Assembly: GCA_964106915.2 (NCBI GenBank) | Contig: OZ066915.1 | DNA from: Podarcis gaigeae | Taxonomy: Eukaryota | Length of the DNA stretch: 64,000 bases | Direction: 5' to 3' (one strand) | In this document: positions 51,625 to 64,000 of the stretch, piece by piece | Numbering within the stretch: position 1 is the first letter of the stretch | Layout of the letters: each line of letters starts with the position of its first letter | Notes under the pieces: generated by a model | Told to the model about the DNA's origin: nothing | The model's database searches: none | Seen by the model: only the letters and a program-made list of their open reading frames with translations | Program-made: the position numbers and the translations under genes

Positions 51625-54600
51625 CTAATAACAAGTAAACAAACAAACCAATAAGTAAAGCAGGTGTGGAAATAACATCTAAAGTTGCAAAGGATAAGTT
51701 GTATTCGTTTGCTCCTATTTGCATTATATGGAAGTATGCCCCACTTTTTTCATTGAACATGGCATACAAGACTTTCAACAGGATATTAAAGAGCCACTAG
51801 CTTTAATCGACATACAGATATAAAAGAACTCCTAGAAAGGTGTCTCGGTACTGACTGAAATATTCACCTGTCTCTCCATCTGAAGTTTTCTGTCCAGTTC
51901 TTGTTTCCTTTTCTCTTTCAATTCTTCATATTGCTCTTGGGTTGGTAACGACATCAGACCAAGCAATTTTTCCTGAGGAAATGTTTTCAAAATATTGTTT
52001 TTTAAAAAGGGATGGGCTATCAAGCTCTCAAGTTTATTCAGAAACAAGAAGCTGCACAAAATACATAATATATCATAGTTATACTTACATTTGTGTTGGG
52101 GGGGGGGGGCAAATTAAACATTTCTCCATCAAATATGAGTGTGATGCGGGTGGTGCTGTGGCTTAAACCACAGAGCCTAGGACTTGCCAATCAGAAGATC
52201 AGCGGTTCGAATCCCCGTGACGGGGTGAGCTCCCGTTGCTTGGTCCCAGCTCCTGCCAACCTAGCAGTTCGAAAGCACGTCAAAGTGCAAGTAGATAAAT
52301 AGGTACTGCTCCGGCAGGAAGGTAAACGGCGTTTCCGTGTGCTGCTCTGGTTCGCTAGAAGTGGCTTAGTCATGCTGGCCACATGACCCGGAAGCTGTAC
52401 GCTGGCTCCCTCAGCCAATAAAGCGAGATGAGTGCCGGAACCCCAGAGTCGGTCACGACTGGACCTAATGGTCAGGGGTCCCTTTACCTTTACCATCAAA
52501 TATGGTCAAGGCAGCTTACAATACAAGAAGTTCGATCAAAAACAAGTGAAGTGGAATTCTTTTCAGGAAACAGGGCATACCTGGCTCCCCTATGCACTAC
52601 AGCTCCCTGTGCTCCCCCTCTGCAAAAAAGGCTGCTTCTGAACATTGAGGGGCTTCTGGGATGGTACAGAATGGGGTGCGGATGGGGGCTGCAGTATGAT
52701 GTGAAATTTGGAGGAATTTAGCAGGGCTGTCTCCCATGCAACTTTTCCACTCATTCAATCTATCTCTGGACCAAAAGCATTAAAATTAATAGATCAATTC
52801 AGCTAAAAAGTTTTTAAAAATATAATAGTATCTGACACCTAAGAGACAAAAGCTTAAGTGCCAGAAAAAAGGTATCTGGGGAGGATATTGTAAAGGAGCT
52901 CTGCCTCTTACACCCACCAAATCTCTTAGGGTAGAGGCACCTGGAGTGAAGCTCCTGGTTATCTTAGCTTGCTTTTGTTTAAAAAAAAAATTACCTTTCG
53001 ACCTAAAAAATCCCTAATGTGACTTACAAGTCAATATTAACACAGTGGTGTGATAGCTAAGAGACAAGAGGAAAAGAATGACATATTACACTTCTGGGGT
53101 TCCTGCTATCACTGTCCTTACCACTGAGCCCGGGGGGTGGGGGCAGCCCCTTCCCAGTATATGTGCTCCCAGGCAGCACCAAAAGCAACTTTTCACTAGG
53201 GAGTGTGGCTTCTCCTTTGCACATGCTAGATGGAATGTGGATCCTGGCTCATCTATTAAAAATTGGAGCAGTCAAAGAAGATGTTAAAGACTCTCACCAA
53301 CTCTGATGTTCCTACTATCACTGATCTGGGTCACTGAGCTGTGAGGCTTACAGTGCAATCCTATGCACGTCTACTCCGAAGTAAGCCTTAGAGCAAAATC
53401 TGCTTTACTTCCAGGCACAAGTGTATAAGACTGCAGCCTTAATTATGCATTGGGTTAAGTCACGGGTTTGTTTGTTTGTTTGTTTGTCTGTGTCTCTCTA
53501 AAGCCCAAATGCAACATGGGTGAAGTTTAGATCAGCTTCAATCTTACATAAAGTACCAGTGTTTCAATCACTGTGACTCAAGTAACTTTCAAATACTTTG
53601 TTAGCTAAAGGTAAAGCTAGCTGCCTGGCAAGCAAGCAAGATTATCTCTATCCTGGTAAGCAAAAGGAATTATCAGAGTTAAAGAATACATTCCAGTAGA
53701 GCAACAGAACTTGAGAATGTGGAACAAGGCTGGTAAAGAGTGCAGCCTGGTGAGACTCTAAAGGCCACAGAGAGAGGCATTTGGCCTCCAGGCCTTAAGT
53801 TTCCCACCCCTAACTTAGACCATCCTGAAAAATATTTATCTGCAAGATTTGTATGTCATATTGTGTCCTGTATACCTAAGAGCTACTCCTCCTTCCTAGA
53901 TGACCTACCTGAACAAAAAGTGTGGCTGAATATCTGATCATTCTCTGAAGCTGCAATGTTCGGGGATGAGGTTGTGGTTCTTCATTCAGTCCCAGAGTCA
54001 AAATCTTCTTGCTGAACCAAAAAACCACAAGTGTATCAGCATACAAACTTAACAGTCAACTATGAGCAATATGTAAGCATATGAAATAGTCTTCCTGGTT
54101 ATGTTGTCCCAGTTACAATAATGTAAATTGTTGGTAACTTTATTTAAACGGATAGATTAGCATTGCTTGCAGTACACACTTTATCATGGTATTTTGTCAC
54201 TGACGTTCCTGAATTCTCCAACAACAGGACTGTATTGTCATGCACGCACACAGAAAAAAAATGCACACTGAAGCATTTTTAGCCCAATCAAATCAGTTTT
54301 ACTTCTTTTGGGCACTAACTGATTAAAACGTACTAAGTCTTTGAGCCATATGTTTCCCACCTAAGATCACAATACAGACTACAATCAAAATTTATTGACT
54401 GAATTTTTTTGTCTTCAAGTATGCTTGGATTGTGGTCTAAGGCAATTCATATTAATATACTTATACAACACCACCTTCAAAATTGATTTCAAGGCAGTCT
54501 GCAACAATATAAAAAGATTAAGCACAAAAATCAAAATACAAATGCAAAAATCCCCTCTTTTGAGTTCCGTCACTTACCTTAGAGCATCTATTAACTCATA

Positions 54601-56738
54601 CATTTTTTGCACCTCCATCCTAAGACTGTTAGCATGTTCCAGACTGTAAGTTGTCTCCCCAACACTGGAAGAAAACATGCATTGTTACCAAATTATTACC
54701 TTGGCAAGTGGTTTTGTTGAAGCCTACACTAGTACACCAGTTTCAGCAAACGTGTTTAGAAACGAGGCAGAGTTCTATCATCAAAACTGAGCCAAGGCCC
54801 TACGTTAAAACCTTGCCAAGGTGGCACTTTCTAGGTATGACACTTTAAGCACAAGAAGTTGAAAATGTGTTGTTCATAGTTCACAAGAAGATGAAACCTC
54901 AGAAGCTTGGAACAGATTTATTTCAAAGGCTCTTCTTTGGGGGTAACAAAGGCAATGTTGCATGTGCAGACACTTAGATGATAGCAAGCAAAATTGCCTC
55001 ATGTTCATCAGGCCTGCCAATACCATTGAGTTTCACAACATCCAACACACACAAACACACTTTACAAAAACAACAAAGTTAAAGCACTGAGAGAAAAACC
55101 CTATGTAGCATCAGAAATGTGGAAATGTGGAAATATTCCTCTGACAGTGCTAACACAGGAAGCATTAACAATACTTTTTTACATTTATTATCTGAAGGAC
55201 AGTTCATACTTTTGGATAATGTAAAAATTGCTTACATAACAACAATTTTACGTATCACTTTTGTGTGATGAAGAACTTGCAAGTGAACAAGTTCTCATGT
55301 TAAAAGACCTGTTACTGGTCCCATCTCAGAACAAACTATTAAGCACTGGACTTTGCACTGAATTTTATTTTATTTATTAAATTTCTATCCTTCATCCAAG
55401 GATCACAGGGTGGTTTCCAATATAAAATTGTAAAACGAAAAAGTCAGTTTAGCACAGAGAAAAAGTAGGAGCACACGATAATGGCAAATTCAGACAATAC
55501 ATTTGTGTATGCATCACACAAAGCTGATGAGGTTAAAAATAACCTCAGAAGGACTTAACAGAATCTGGAAGTGACATCTGTGTTGGATCATAGACTGTTA
55601 ATATGTCAAAAATTCTAGGTAGCCAATTTGATCCATTAGGAGGGGGGGATGAAAGCAATAGAGGGTAATAACTTTATCAAGACCTACTGAGATGTTGAAG
55701 TATCCAGCTAGCTTTCAAGTTCGCCAGAATTCTTTAGAATGCATCTTGAGCATAATGTGGAGGGGAATAAAAGAATATTGATTTTTCTAATCTGCTGACT
55801 GGAGTTTATGCATCATGCCCACAAGCATCCTCCCACCCCTCACAATTTCCTTTTTCTTTATAGCCATCCATTAATATGAAACTACAACCAGGCTTTAATG
55901 ATGTGTGCGTGTGTGTAGACAACACAATCTTCTTTCTTCTTGAACATTAAATATTAAAGACATATTCATTAAAAATGTAACTGAATAGGCTTACTTCAAT
56001 GATTCCGCCATCTTTATGTATTCTGGGGCCTTCTGGTCAACCTTTTCCATGCAAAGTCGGAGTTTCTTTTTTAATCAATAAAATTAATAGATTAAAATAA
56101 AGTTATGTATAGCAACAAATCAGATACACAATTGCTTCACACGCCTTCAATTTTTCCTGTCCTCTTTGTGTAACAACTTAATATTCGGTAGTAGTTGCTA
56201 TCCAGAGAATCAAGATCTAGTCTTTCGGGAGACCAGGTCTCAGATTTTAAATGTGGAACTCCAGATTTTAAAACCATTTCTAATTAAGATCGCTAAGACT
56301 GCAATTTCAGCAGTAAGATCCACTGAATTCAGTAGGACTTACTTACAAGTAAACATGGTTCAGACTGCACATCTGTTAAGGTAACAGTCAATAACTGGTC
56401 TCTTCTTCTGAAAAGTTACAAAACCAGTTTACTCTGAGGCTATAAGGCAAGTGGAATGTTTTAATCAATTTATTGGCATGCTTAGATGAGTAAGTTGTAT
56501 TGTTAATAGCCAGGACCAGAACTGGATCTGGGCTGTATCAGAGTAAGCAGTTTCAGTTATAATTTTTTAATATATCTTTTCTCAGCCAACCCAACTTTAA
56601 AAGAAACCCACTTAAAAATACCAGGTTAAAACTTTCTTTAAAACTATAAAGTTAAACTTACTTCCTCCTTTCTATTCCTTAGAAGTATTTAGCTGGAAGC
56701 CTATCTTGTTTTTAAGTTGAACAGCACCTAGCATATTG

Positions 56739-56786
<48 letters not shown>

Positions 56787-59700
56787 GCTTAAGTTATTGA
56801 TAACTGGAAAATCCCACTTCACTTCCAGTTCTTGTTTATTTAGTGTCATTTTACCTCATAAAGTTTCACGATGTCTGGTGTGTACTCTTTCTCATCAATC
56901 TGTTGCTCTCTTTTCAGCAGAGTGTCTTTACAATGTCTACAACAGCGGATGCGATCGTCATCCTTTTCATCCAAGACAGAGCTCACACTGCTCACACTAC
57001 TGATGCTGCCACGGCGAGAGCCCTGAATGCTGTTGGGTGAGCAGTTTGGGCTAGTATGAGAGGCCAAGGCTTCCTTGCTAGCAGTGGTGAGTTTGCCTGG
57101 AATGATACATCCAGAAGATATAATGGTCACAAGCCAATGGTCCAACCAACAGAACGCTGGTCTTGAACATGGGTTCAAAAATTCAGTTCAGCTCAACTCC
57201 AGTAACTCATCATAAAAAGGAAGTGCCTATTTTATAGCACAGTTGCTAGAAAGAACTAAATCAGGACCCCCACATCACCATCTTTAGCCTTTAGAGCCCT
57301 TAAGTGAGGTTTGTGTCCTAGATAGCCATTTATAAGAAAAACTATAAATCCAGGATTTCCAAGTTAATTCCCCCTAGAACCATCCCTACCTGCCTGAAGC
57401 TGGTGCTGACTGGGCCTTGCCCCCCCATGCTTCTCAGCTCAACAGACCACCCCCCCCCACACACATGAGAAAGTTAATTCCAGCATCAGAGACATGGGTC
57501 CAAGACATCTATACCACTGTACTCACTTGCAAATGGGAGGCTGACCAGTTCCATGCATTTCTTGCACATGATAGACCCACAAAGGCGGCAGTGGTGACGT
57601 CTGTTCCTTATGCTGAACTTGTTACCACAGTCTGGACAAAATGGCACATCCTGATCATTAACCCAAGGCACAACAGACTTCTCTATTGCTGGAATAGAAT
57701 GAGAAAATCTATCAAACATCACTAATGAAATCCAAATTAGCAAAGGTCGAACATGCTTGCACCTACCTCTTATCTTTGCAGAATCTGTATTGGTTCGGTC
57801 AAAGGATGTAAGCTGCAAAAATATTAAAACCAGAGGTCTTAATACAAGTTTTCTACTAAAGAACTCTTTACAACAGTTCAGCACAGGACTCAAAAATATT
57901 ACAGGGTCTGCTTTCCTAAGTTTATTTCACTAAAATCAGTATCTTTCCCTGAGCATTCCTTTACGTCACTTATCTTGGTATTGGGCAGATGTTATTGTCC
58001 TTCTGGCAGAGAAGGAAAAAATAAAAAAGAAGCCTCAAAATTCAGAGCTGAATGCCTATAATACAGTGTCCCTATCCCCCACCTCCCACAACTACTTCAA
58101 AAGGGTACTGTGGTCAACAATATCAAAAGTTGCAAAGAGACCAAGGCAAACAAACAGGGGTCACTCTCCAGCCATCTCTCTTCCAAAAATGTCTTCTACC
58201 AGAGCAACCAAGGCAGTTTCAAGGCTACAACCAAGCAATATTTGAATACATGTGGAAAAACTATTCTCCACACATCAGAAGCAATATTGTAGTAGCATAT
58301 ACAGTGGTGCCTCGCAAGACGAAATTAATTCGTTCCGCAAGTCTTTTCGTCTTGCGCGGTTTTTCGTCTTGCGAAGCACGGTCAGTCGCAACTGCACCTC
58401 TTCAAGCGGTTTTAAGAAAAAAGGAAACAAACTCGCAAGACGTTTTCGTCTTGCGAAGCAAGCCCATAGGGAAAATCGTCTTGCGAAGCAACTCAAAAAA
58501 CGAAAAACCCTTTCGTCTTGCGCGTTTTTCGTCTTGCGAGGCATTCATCTTGCGAGGTACCACTGTAGTTTAAAATGAACTTCCACACATTTATGTGAAA
58601 AATGCAAGAGTAACCCATTTACCTTTTCTAACCTGATTATTAATTTATTGACTTCCACAACATAGTGATCAATTCTGGCTGCTCTGTGTCTCTTAAAATC
58701 AGAAAGATGGCTCTTCGTAGCACCTGGTAAGAAACACTGTTAGAAAACTTGCCAAAGTCATTCAACTCTATATTCTTAGTTAAAAGGCAGTTTAACATGT
58801 TGTTGTTCCTCTCTCATTCTTAGGCTGAAATTCAATATTAAAAAATGAAATGGTATGTTTTCATCATAGTGTTCAGTGCACATTCTGTTGTGATCTTTAC
58901 TGATGAAATACTGCTCTTTATTTCTGCCTATATGATTTCAGAAGACAACAGCAACAACATTCCCTGGCTACTACAAGCTAGTAGAGTACAGTCCCATACA
59001 TATTTAGTTAGAAGCAAGTCCTACTGAGTTCAATCAGGCTTACTCCAAGGTAAGTGGGTATAGGGTTACAGTCTTCATCTCTCAATTACTGGTCAAGCCC
59101 AACTTACTAAAAATATATTTTTTCACATACTAGCATGCCGCAAGTTCTTGCAGTCATGGTGGAGCTTCTTACATTAAAACAATCAATGGCACAACGTTAT
59201 TACATATTTTCTATTTGCACTGCAATGTAACCCTAGGTCTCAATCAAATACAAAACTAAGCAAAAATGTTTAAGAACAAAGCAAGCAATTAAGCAATAGA
59301 ACGTAAGTGTGTGTATAGTTTTGCACTGGATTGTGGCCCTAGTGTTTCGCGTATATATTCTATTTAAATGGTCTATTAATTCCTGACAACTTTGCATCAT
59401 TATGCATAGATTCCAGTGGAGATCAGGGGGCTTCCCAGTGAAAGTTGTGCATTATTTGCATCATTCTTGACTGTTTACCTAATTCTTGGGGCTCCCACAT
59501 ATATGGATCCACTCCACCATAGCTGTAAGACTCATATCGTTCCTGAGGCCCTCCATCAGTTCGGTCATCTTCTCGTTTCAACAATTTATTCTTTGCTTTT
59601 TTAGCTTTTTGGACCAGATCTGAAAGAAGATCAAATGCTACATATTACACACTTATTTATGCATCCTTGTAAGAGTTACCCATCTTCTTCCAAACTTGCT

Positions 59701-61138
59701 TGAGGTATTTGCCTCTAAGACTTTGAGCAATATAATTGACCATTCTGCCTCCCACCTCCTGCATCTGTTGAACACCAGAATCATGTTTTACCTTCTCAGA
59801 GGAATGCAATTACAAGTTTGGTGGGGGGAAGTCCTGAAGGTGAGAAGACCTGTGTAAATGCTTCACATAAGAATACAATCCCAATAAAATACTTCTACCT
59901 GGCTCAACCTGACGAGAATACAAATGTGCTAGTTAATCAGTCAGTCCAATTATTGGCACCTGAAAGGAATGTTCTGTATCCGGAGACAGCCTTAATTTGG
60001 AAAGCAATTTGTGAAACAGAACACCGGACAAAGTAAAATACAAGAGCACTTTATAAAGGTAGAACAATGACGCATTTAATAACCCTTTAAAGAACTGGGA
60101 AACAACTTGTAACAAGTGAAGAAAATTAGCACTTCAACACAACTGCTTGCTTTTGCAATTCACTGTGAACTGACTACAGAGTTCTTGGCTATTTAAACAG
60201 GAAAAAGTACCCCATAATTAGTGATTGAACACGTTACATTTCTTTTGTATTTTTATAGTTTAAGCTATTATTCAGCTCTTGCAACTAATTTGTATATTCA
60301 ATGGCTGAAATGGTACGATTACTAAGCTCTAGTTCCCATGCCATTCCCAAAAGACAATCTCAGTGTTTGAAAGAATCATTGAGCAAAGGGGGATACGTCA
60401 ACATCACTATGACAATCAGGAGTACTCCTGAACTAGAAGCAATATGGCTGTGTATATGTCCTTGGGGACAGAAATATGTGCAAACCCTTAAGGTACAGCT
60501 TTTTTTCTAAGTAAGTGTAGCAGCTCCTAACACCAGCAAGACCATAATAACATTGTTCTATAAAGCCTTCCATAAGGAATTGTACACTAAAATCAAATCC
60601 AAATTATGACATCAAGATGTATTTAATCCTTAGTAAATGCTAATTAAATTCTTTTAATGAAGGAAAAGTTCTCCAAAATTTTGAATAGCTAAAACATTTC
60701 AAGATTTTGTAATCCTATATCAGGTTTTCATGGCCTAAAGACAGTTGTGCTATCAGAAATGAATGAAAATTCTGCATTTGTAACCAACTTTGTATAACTG
60801 AACATTATTTGCATTTCTATTCTTCCTAATGACGTTTGTGTAACTCAGAAACACATACACTTCTACATATAATATTTTCTGAGAAAATATATTACTAATT
60901 ATGCAAGTCAAATGATAAATATGGTGGATAGTTATATTTTACATCATAACAGTCAGCAGCTACTGCTTTGCTTACTTTTAAGTTGTCCTTTAACATCTTT
61001 GTCTTCATTTGAATGTTCTTCTTCATAATGAGACTGTAGCTGATAAAATGATTGCAGATCCTTCAGACAAAGGGGGCATAGAAAACCCTCCCTCACCTCT
61101 CCGGGGTCATCAAATGGAGGTGTGTAGCTCGTTGCCAT
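50470..61138 (-). CDS. RBSN: Rabenosyn-5 (RAB effector, ZFYVE20), whole spliced CDS, 11 coding exons, 791 aa
   Basis: C2H2 finger (FLCPLCLKDL...HYEEEH), FYVE (WVNDQD...RRHHCRLCG), Rab-binding helices (DPLLQQIDNI; ELLLQQIDNIKAYI) and NPF repeats. 2376 nt in phase. Confidence 0.97.
51868..51972 (-). CDS. RBSN: RBSN coding exon 10
   Basis: EKLLGLMSLPTQEQYEELKEKRKQE...ERQ. Confidence 0.95.
52138..52492 (+). mobile_element. Full-length Sauria SINE (antisense to RBSN)
   Basis: B box GGTTCGAATCC, ACCTTT tail, TSD CCATCAAATATG (52126-52137, 52493-52504). Confidence 0.93.
53909..54011 (-). CDS. RBSN: RBSN coding exon 9
   Basis: KKILTLGL...LQRMIRYSATLFVQ. Confidence 0.95.
54578..54664 (-). CDS. RBSN: RBSN coding exon 8
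   Basis: VGETTYSLEHANSLRMEVQKMYELIDAL. Confidence 0.94.
55995..56065 (-). CDS. RBSN: RBSN coding exon 7
   Basis: KLRLCMEKVDQKAPEYIKMAESL; atypical A-rich acceptor. Confidence 0.92.
56740..56784. repeat. (AAT)n microsatellite, ~14-15 units
   Basis: Perfect trinucleotide run. Confidence 0.95.
56855..57096 (-). CDS. RBSN: RBSN coding exon 6 (FYVE insert and C-terminal half)
   Basis: SRRGSISS...RIRCCRHCKDTLLKRE...KLYE. Confidence 0.95.
57527..57688 (-). CDS. RBSN: RBSN coding exon 5 (FYVE)
   Basis: WVNDQDVPFCPDCGNKFSIRNRRHHCRLCGSIMCKKC. Confidence 0.96.
57767..57812 (-). CDS. RBSN: RBSN coding exon 4
   Basis: LTSFDRTNTDSAKIR; 46 nt, phase-consistent. Confidence 0.92.
58302..58565. mobile_element. 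Tc1/mariner (Tigger-like) MITE with internal TCGTCTTGCG repeats
   Basis: TA-CAGTGGTGCCTCGCAAGA ... TCTTGCGAGGTACCACTG-TA; CpG-rich. Confidence 0.9.
58623..58723 (-). CDS. RBSN: RBSN coding exon 3
   Basis: ATKSHLSDFKRHRAARIDHYVVEVNKLIIRLEK. Confidence 0.95.
59479..59619 (-). CDS. RBSN: RBSN coding exon 2
   Basis: LVQKAKKAK...GGVDPYMWEPQEL; AG/GT. Confidence 0.94.
60976..61138 (-). CDS. RBSN: RBSN coding exon 1 (C2H2 zinc finger)
   Basis: MATSYTPPFDDPGEVREGFLCPLC...; exon acceptor at 61279-61280; donor GTAAGC. Confidence 0.94.
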
Positions 61139-64000
61139 AGTGGTCCAAGGACTCCAAAGATACTGACACACTCCAGGTCTCAGCAGCAGTGGAACAATGG
61201 CATGCCATTCATCACTAGAGAAGTAGGCTAATAGCAAGAAAGTAGCTTTTGCTCCTGTTGCTTGTGCAAAACATTGCCCTGAAAGAGATCCCGGAACAGT
61301 TTTAAATAAGATGACCTGTTTAACTCAGCAACTTTCTCTAATCTTTTATTAAGTCTTATGTACTTCTTTTATTTATAAATTTATCATATACACCCAACGG
61401 TAACGTAATTAAAAATCACCCTCTATCATATCCATTTCATAAATAAATATGTCATGTACATTTGATAAGTATGTCAGCTTAAAAAATTAATAAACACTGG
61501 CAGTAATTAGGATGCTCTAGAAATACCTTATGAAAGTGAAAATTCCATCTAAGTCTATTAAACAAGCCAAATGTAGAGTATATTGCATTCAAAATGAAAA
61601 TCTTGTTTCTTTCAAATTATCAACATCCACAATTTTAAAAAACTAATCCTCATATAAAACCTATTATAACACATATGAACAAACAAATATTTTAGTAATC
61701 CTTTAATGGTACAATTTTTTCTTTAGTAGACCAAGAAAGCTGCTCCTATGGTGTTGAATCTAGCTAAGTCATTGCATGAGCAGAATAACTGCTGCTTGCA
61801 CAATTATAATTCCTTTCTCCTCCCCCTATGCCCAAATCTGCTCCAGAGAGTTGGGCTAAAACCCTGAGCTGATTTGGGTGTGTGGACTTACATTGGGGGG
61901 GGAAAGAGGAAGTGGAAGTTAAATTGCACAGGAGTACCTCATTCTATTTGCTGGATACGACCCATGGAATTTTATTTCATGTCTCCTTTTATTATTTTGA
62001 ATCAACTCTAAAGACAAAAAAGGAAGAGCTATCTCAAGAGTAATGCGCTTTTTTGTTAACACCCAATGTGTTTCAGCCCAAATAGGCTTTCCTGGGAGGT
62101 TTTCTGTTTCCTTGGTAGAGTTCAAAAACAATTTCAGAAATCACTGCAAAGCAAAATGGGCAGCAATGTGTTGGGCATTGATACTGTTGGCTTCTGGATA
62201 TTGGTTTTCCTTTTTGTTTTGTTTTTTAATTGCTTCCTTCTGTTTGTTTGTGGCCTTGAATCCATTAACCAGTTTTTAACAGCAACCTTTATGGGGGCTT
62301 TTAGGAGGCTCATTAAAATCCTGTGTGACCAGCCTAAACCTTCCTAAAACTTCACAGTGTAATCCTATGTGTGTGTGTTGTATGTGGGAGCTTTAACTGA
62401 GAAGAAAGTCCCATTGAATTTAATGAAATTTTCTCTCAAGTGTACACAGCCTAAATGACTCTGAAATAAGAAGGCAATACACACACATTTTTGCCAGAAC
62501 TTTGCTTCCCTTAGATAAAATGCGAAGCATGGGGCAGGATGGGGAAGCCACTTAAAAGATACCCATGTGTGTAAGCCAAGTGAGCCTCCTCAAACATGTT
62601 TGGGGTGAGGCTAACATTTTGTCTTGTCTAGTAAACATTCAGCACTTTTGAACTGCTCCATCCAGGCCATTAACTAGACAAAGAAGGCAGTTAGGGTGGG
62701 GAAGATTGGCAAGTGCAAAAGGAAAGGAATGCAAAGGAGAGGAAGAAGGGGGTGGGCTGTGTGCAAGCTTATAGCTTGTTCTCCAAAGCAAAGTATTTGC
62801 ACAATATTTGACTGCTTTATCAATAAACATATTCCTACTCTGTAAATTTGGGCTGTGCTTAAGTCATCCTTCACCCCAGCAACCCACCCACTAGCACAAT
62901 GAGACTTTCCTCTCTCTCTTCCTGGTCCCTCACCAAATCTGCTGTGGATGGGAGAACCGCAAGAACAGCATGCAAGGGGAAAAGAAAGGAGATTGTTCCA
63001 TCTGGCAAGCAGAAATGACAGAATGACAGCCTTATTGCACCCATGGTGTAGAGGCTATGCTCAATGTGGCAGCAGTGGGGGCAGAACAGCAGTATGACTT
63101 TGAGACAACGCTAAACAAACAGCCCCACATCCTCTTTCATCATGCTTCTCTCTACATGTGTTGAACACAAGAAAAGGGATATGGTGGAGAAAAAACCATA
63201 TAAGGGTGGTATAAGAAACATCCAGGTTTGATTAGCTCAACGTAAAAAGGTATAATCTGCTACAAGATTTTTTTGCTTAGTGAGAAAAGGTTGGCTAAGG
63301 GTTAGCTGTGCTATCTGTATGGTTGGTAGGAATGCAGAGTGAGGCTTGCAAAAGAAAATTGCTATGGATGAATTTGTGAGTGGTTACTGAGGCAGGGGAA
63401 GCATAGGTGCAGATGTCATTTCAATTATTTTGTTTAGTTGGTAATGATGCTTTATATATGGAGTTTTATTGTATTATTGCATTTTTTATTTGCATTTCTT
63501 TTTAATTTAAGGGAAGATTTTGTTTTCCTGTTAATCATGCTGCTTTAAATGTGTATTCTGCACTTGACTTTAAATTGCAATGTTTTAATTTGAAATGTTC
63601 TATTTGATGTTTTAAGGTAAGTTTTACACCACTTTAAGATTGTTTCAAAAAGAAATATAAAGCAGTATAGAAATGATTTAAATAAAATTAAAAATGCACA
63701 TTGACAGAACTAGATATTAAGGTAAGATACCAATTCATTGTTTCAAAGGAATCATAGCCTGTAAGACAAGAATAGTTCAACTAACAGAGATTCATTAATA
63801 CTTCAACACACAAACACCGACTCCCTCATCAACTTAGCATTTCGTGTAATTGGGCTATCACACAAATCACGGCACACACTCCATTTTTTTCAGATCATTG
63901 TTATAATCCAGCCCCTTGTGACATGTTTGTTACAAGCCAGTTGGAATCTCCCAATTACTTCCCCCATACAAATCGTCAGAAGAAAAGAGAAAGGGTTGAG

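Noticed and set aside
58052-58578. Several ORFs and a repeat array superficially like CRISPR
   Set aside because: Explained by a Tigger-like MITE. The repeats are ~10 bp, irregularly spaced and in both orientations, in a eukaryotic context.
61280-64000. RBSN promoter and upstream non-coding exons
   Set aside because: No CpG island or confident exon is visible; they probably lie beyond the window.

Overview
Vertebrate genomic DNA from a squamate reptile, probably a lacertid lizard, judging by the Sauria SINE, BovB, CR1 and L2 repeats. The window holds three intact multi-exon genes that I spliced by hand. NR2C2/TR4 (+) has 14 coding exons at 4946-34196 encoding 629 aa, a CpG-island promoter at the window start and a ~7 kb 3' UTR. 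MRPS25 (+) has 4 exons at 43018-46179 encoding 173 aa. RBSN/rabenosyn-5 (-) has 11 coding exons at 61138-50470 encoding 791 aa; its promoter lies beyond the window. Introns and UTRs carry SINEs with clean target-site duplications (TSDs), LINE fragments and several MITEs. I found no convincing new protein family or novel multi-gene system. The best leads are regulatory or structural: MRPS25 appears flipped relative to the mammalian arrangement; a bidirectional poly(A) cassette lies between MRPS25 and RBSN; a DR1 (TR4-type) element sits in NR2C2's own CpG island; NR2C2 and RBSN carry overlapping uORFs; a MITE keeps the NR2C2 frame open past a weak donor; one intron looks U12-like; and a 78-nt stop-free in-frame intron precedes the RBSN FYVE domain. 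Gene and repeat identities come from recognising the sequences, not from database searches.
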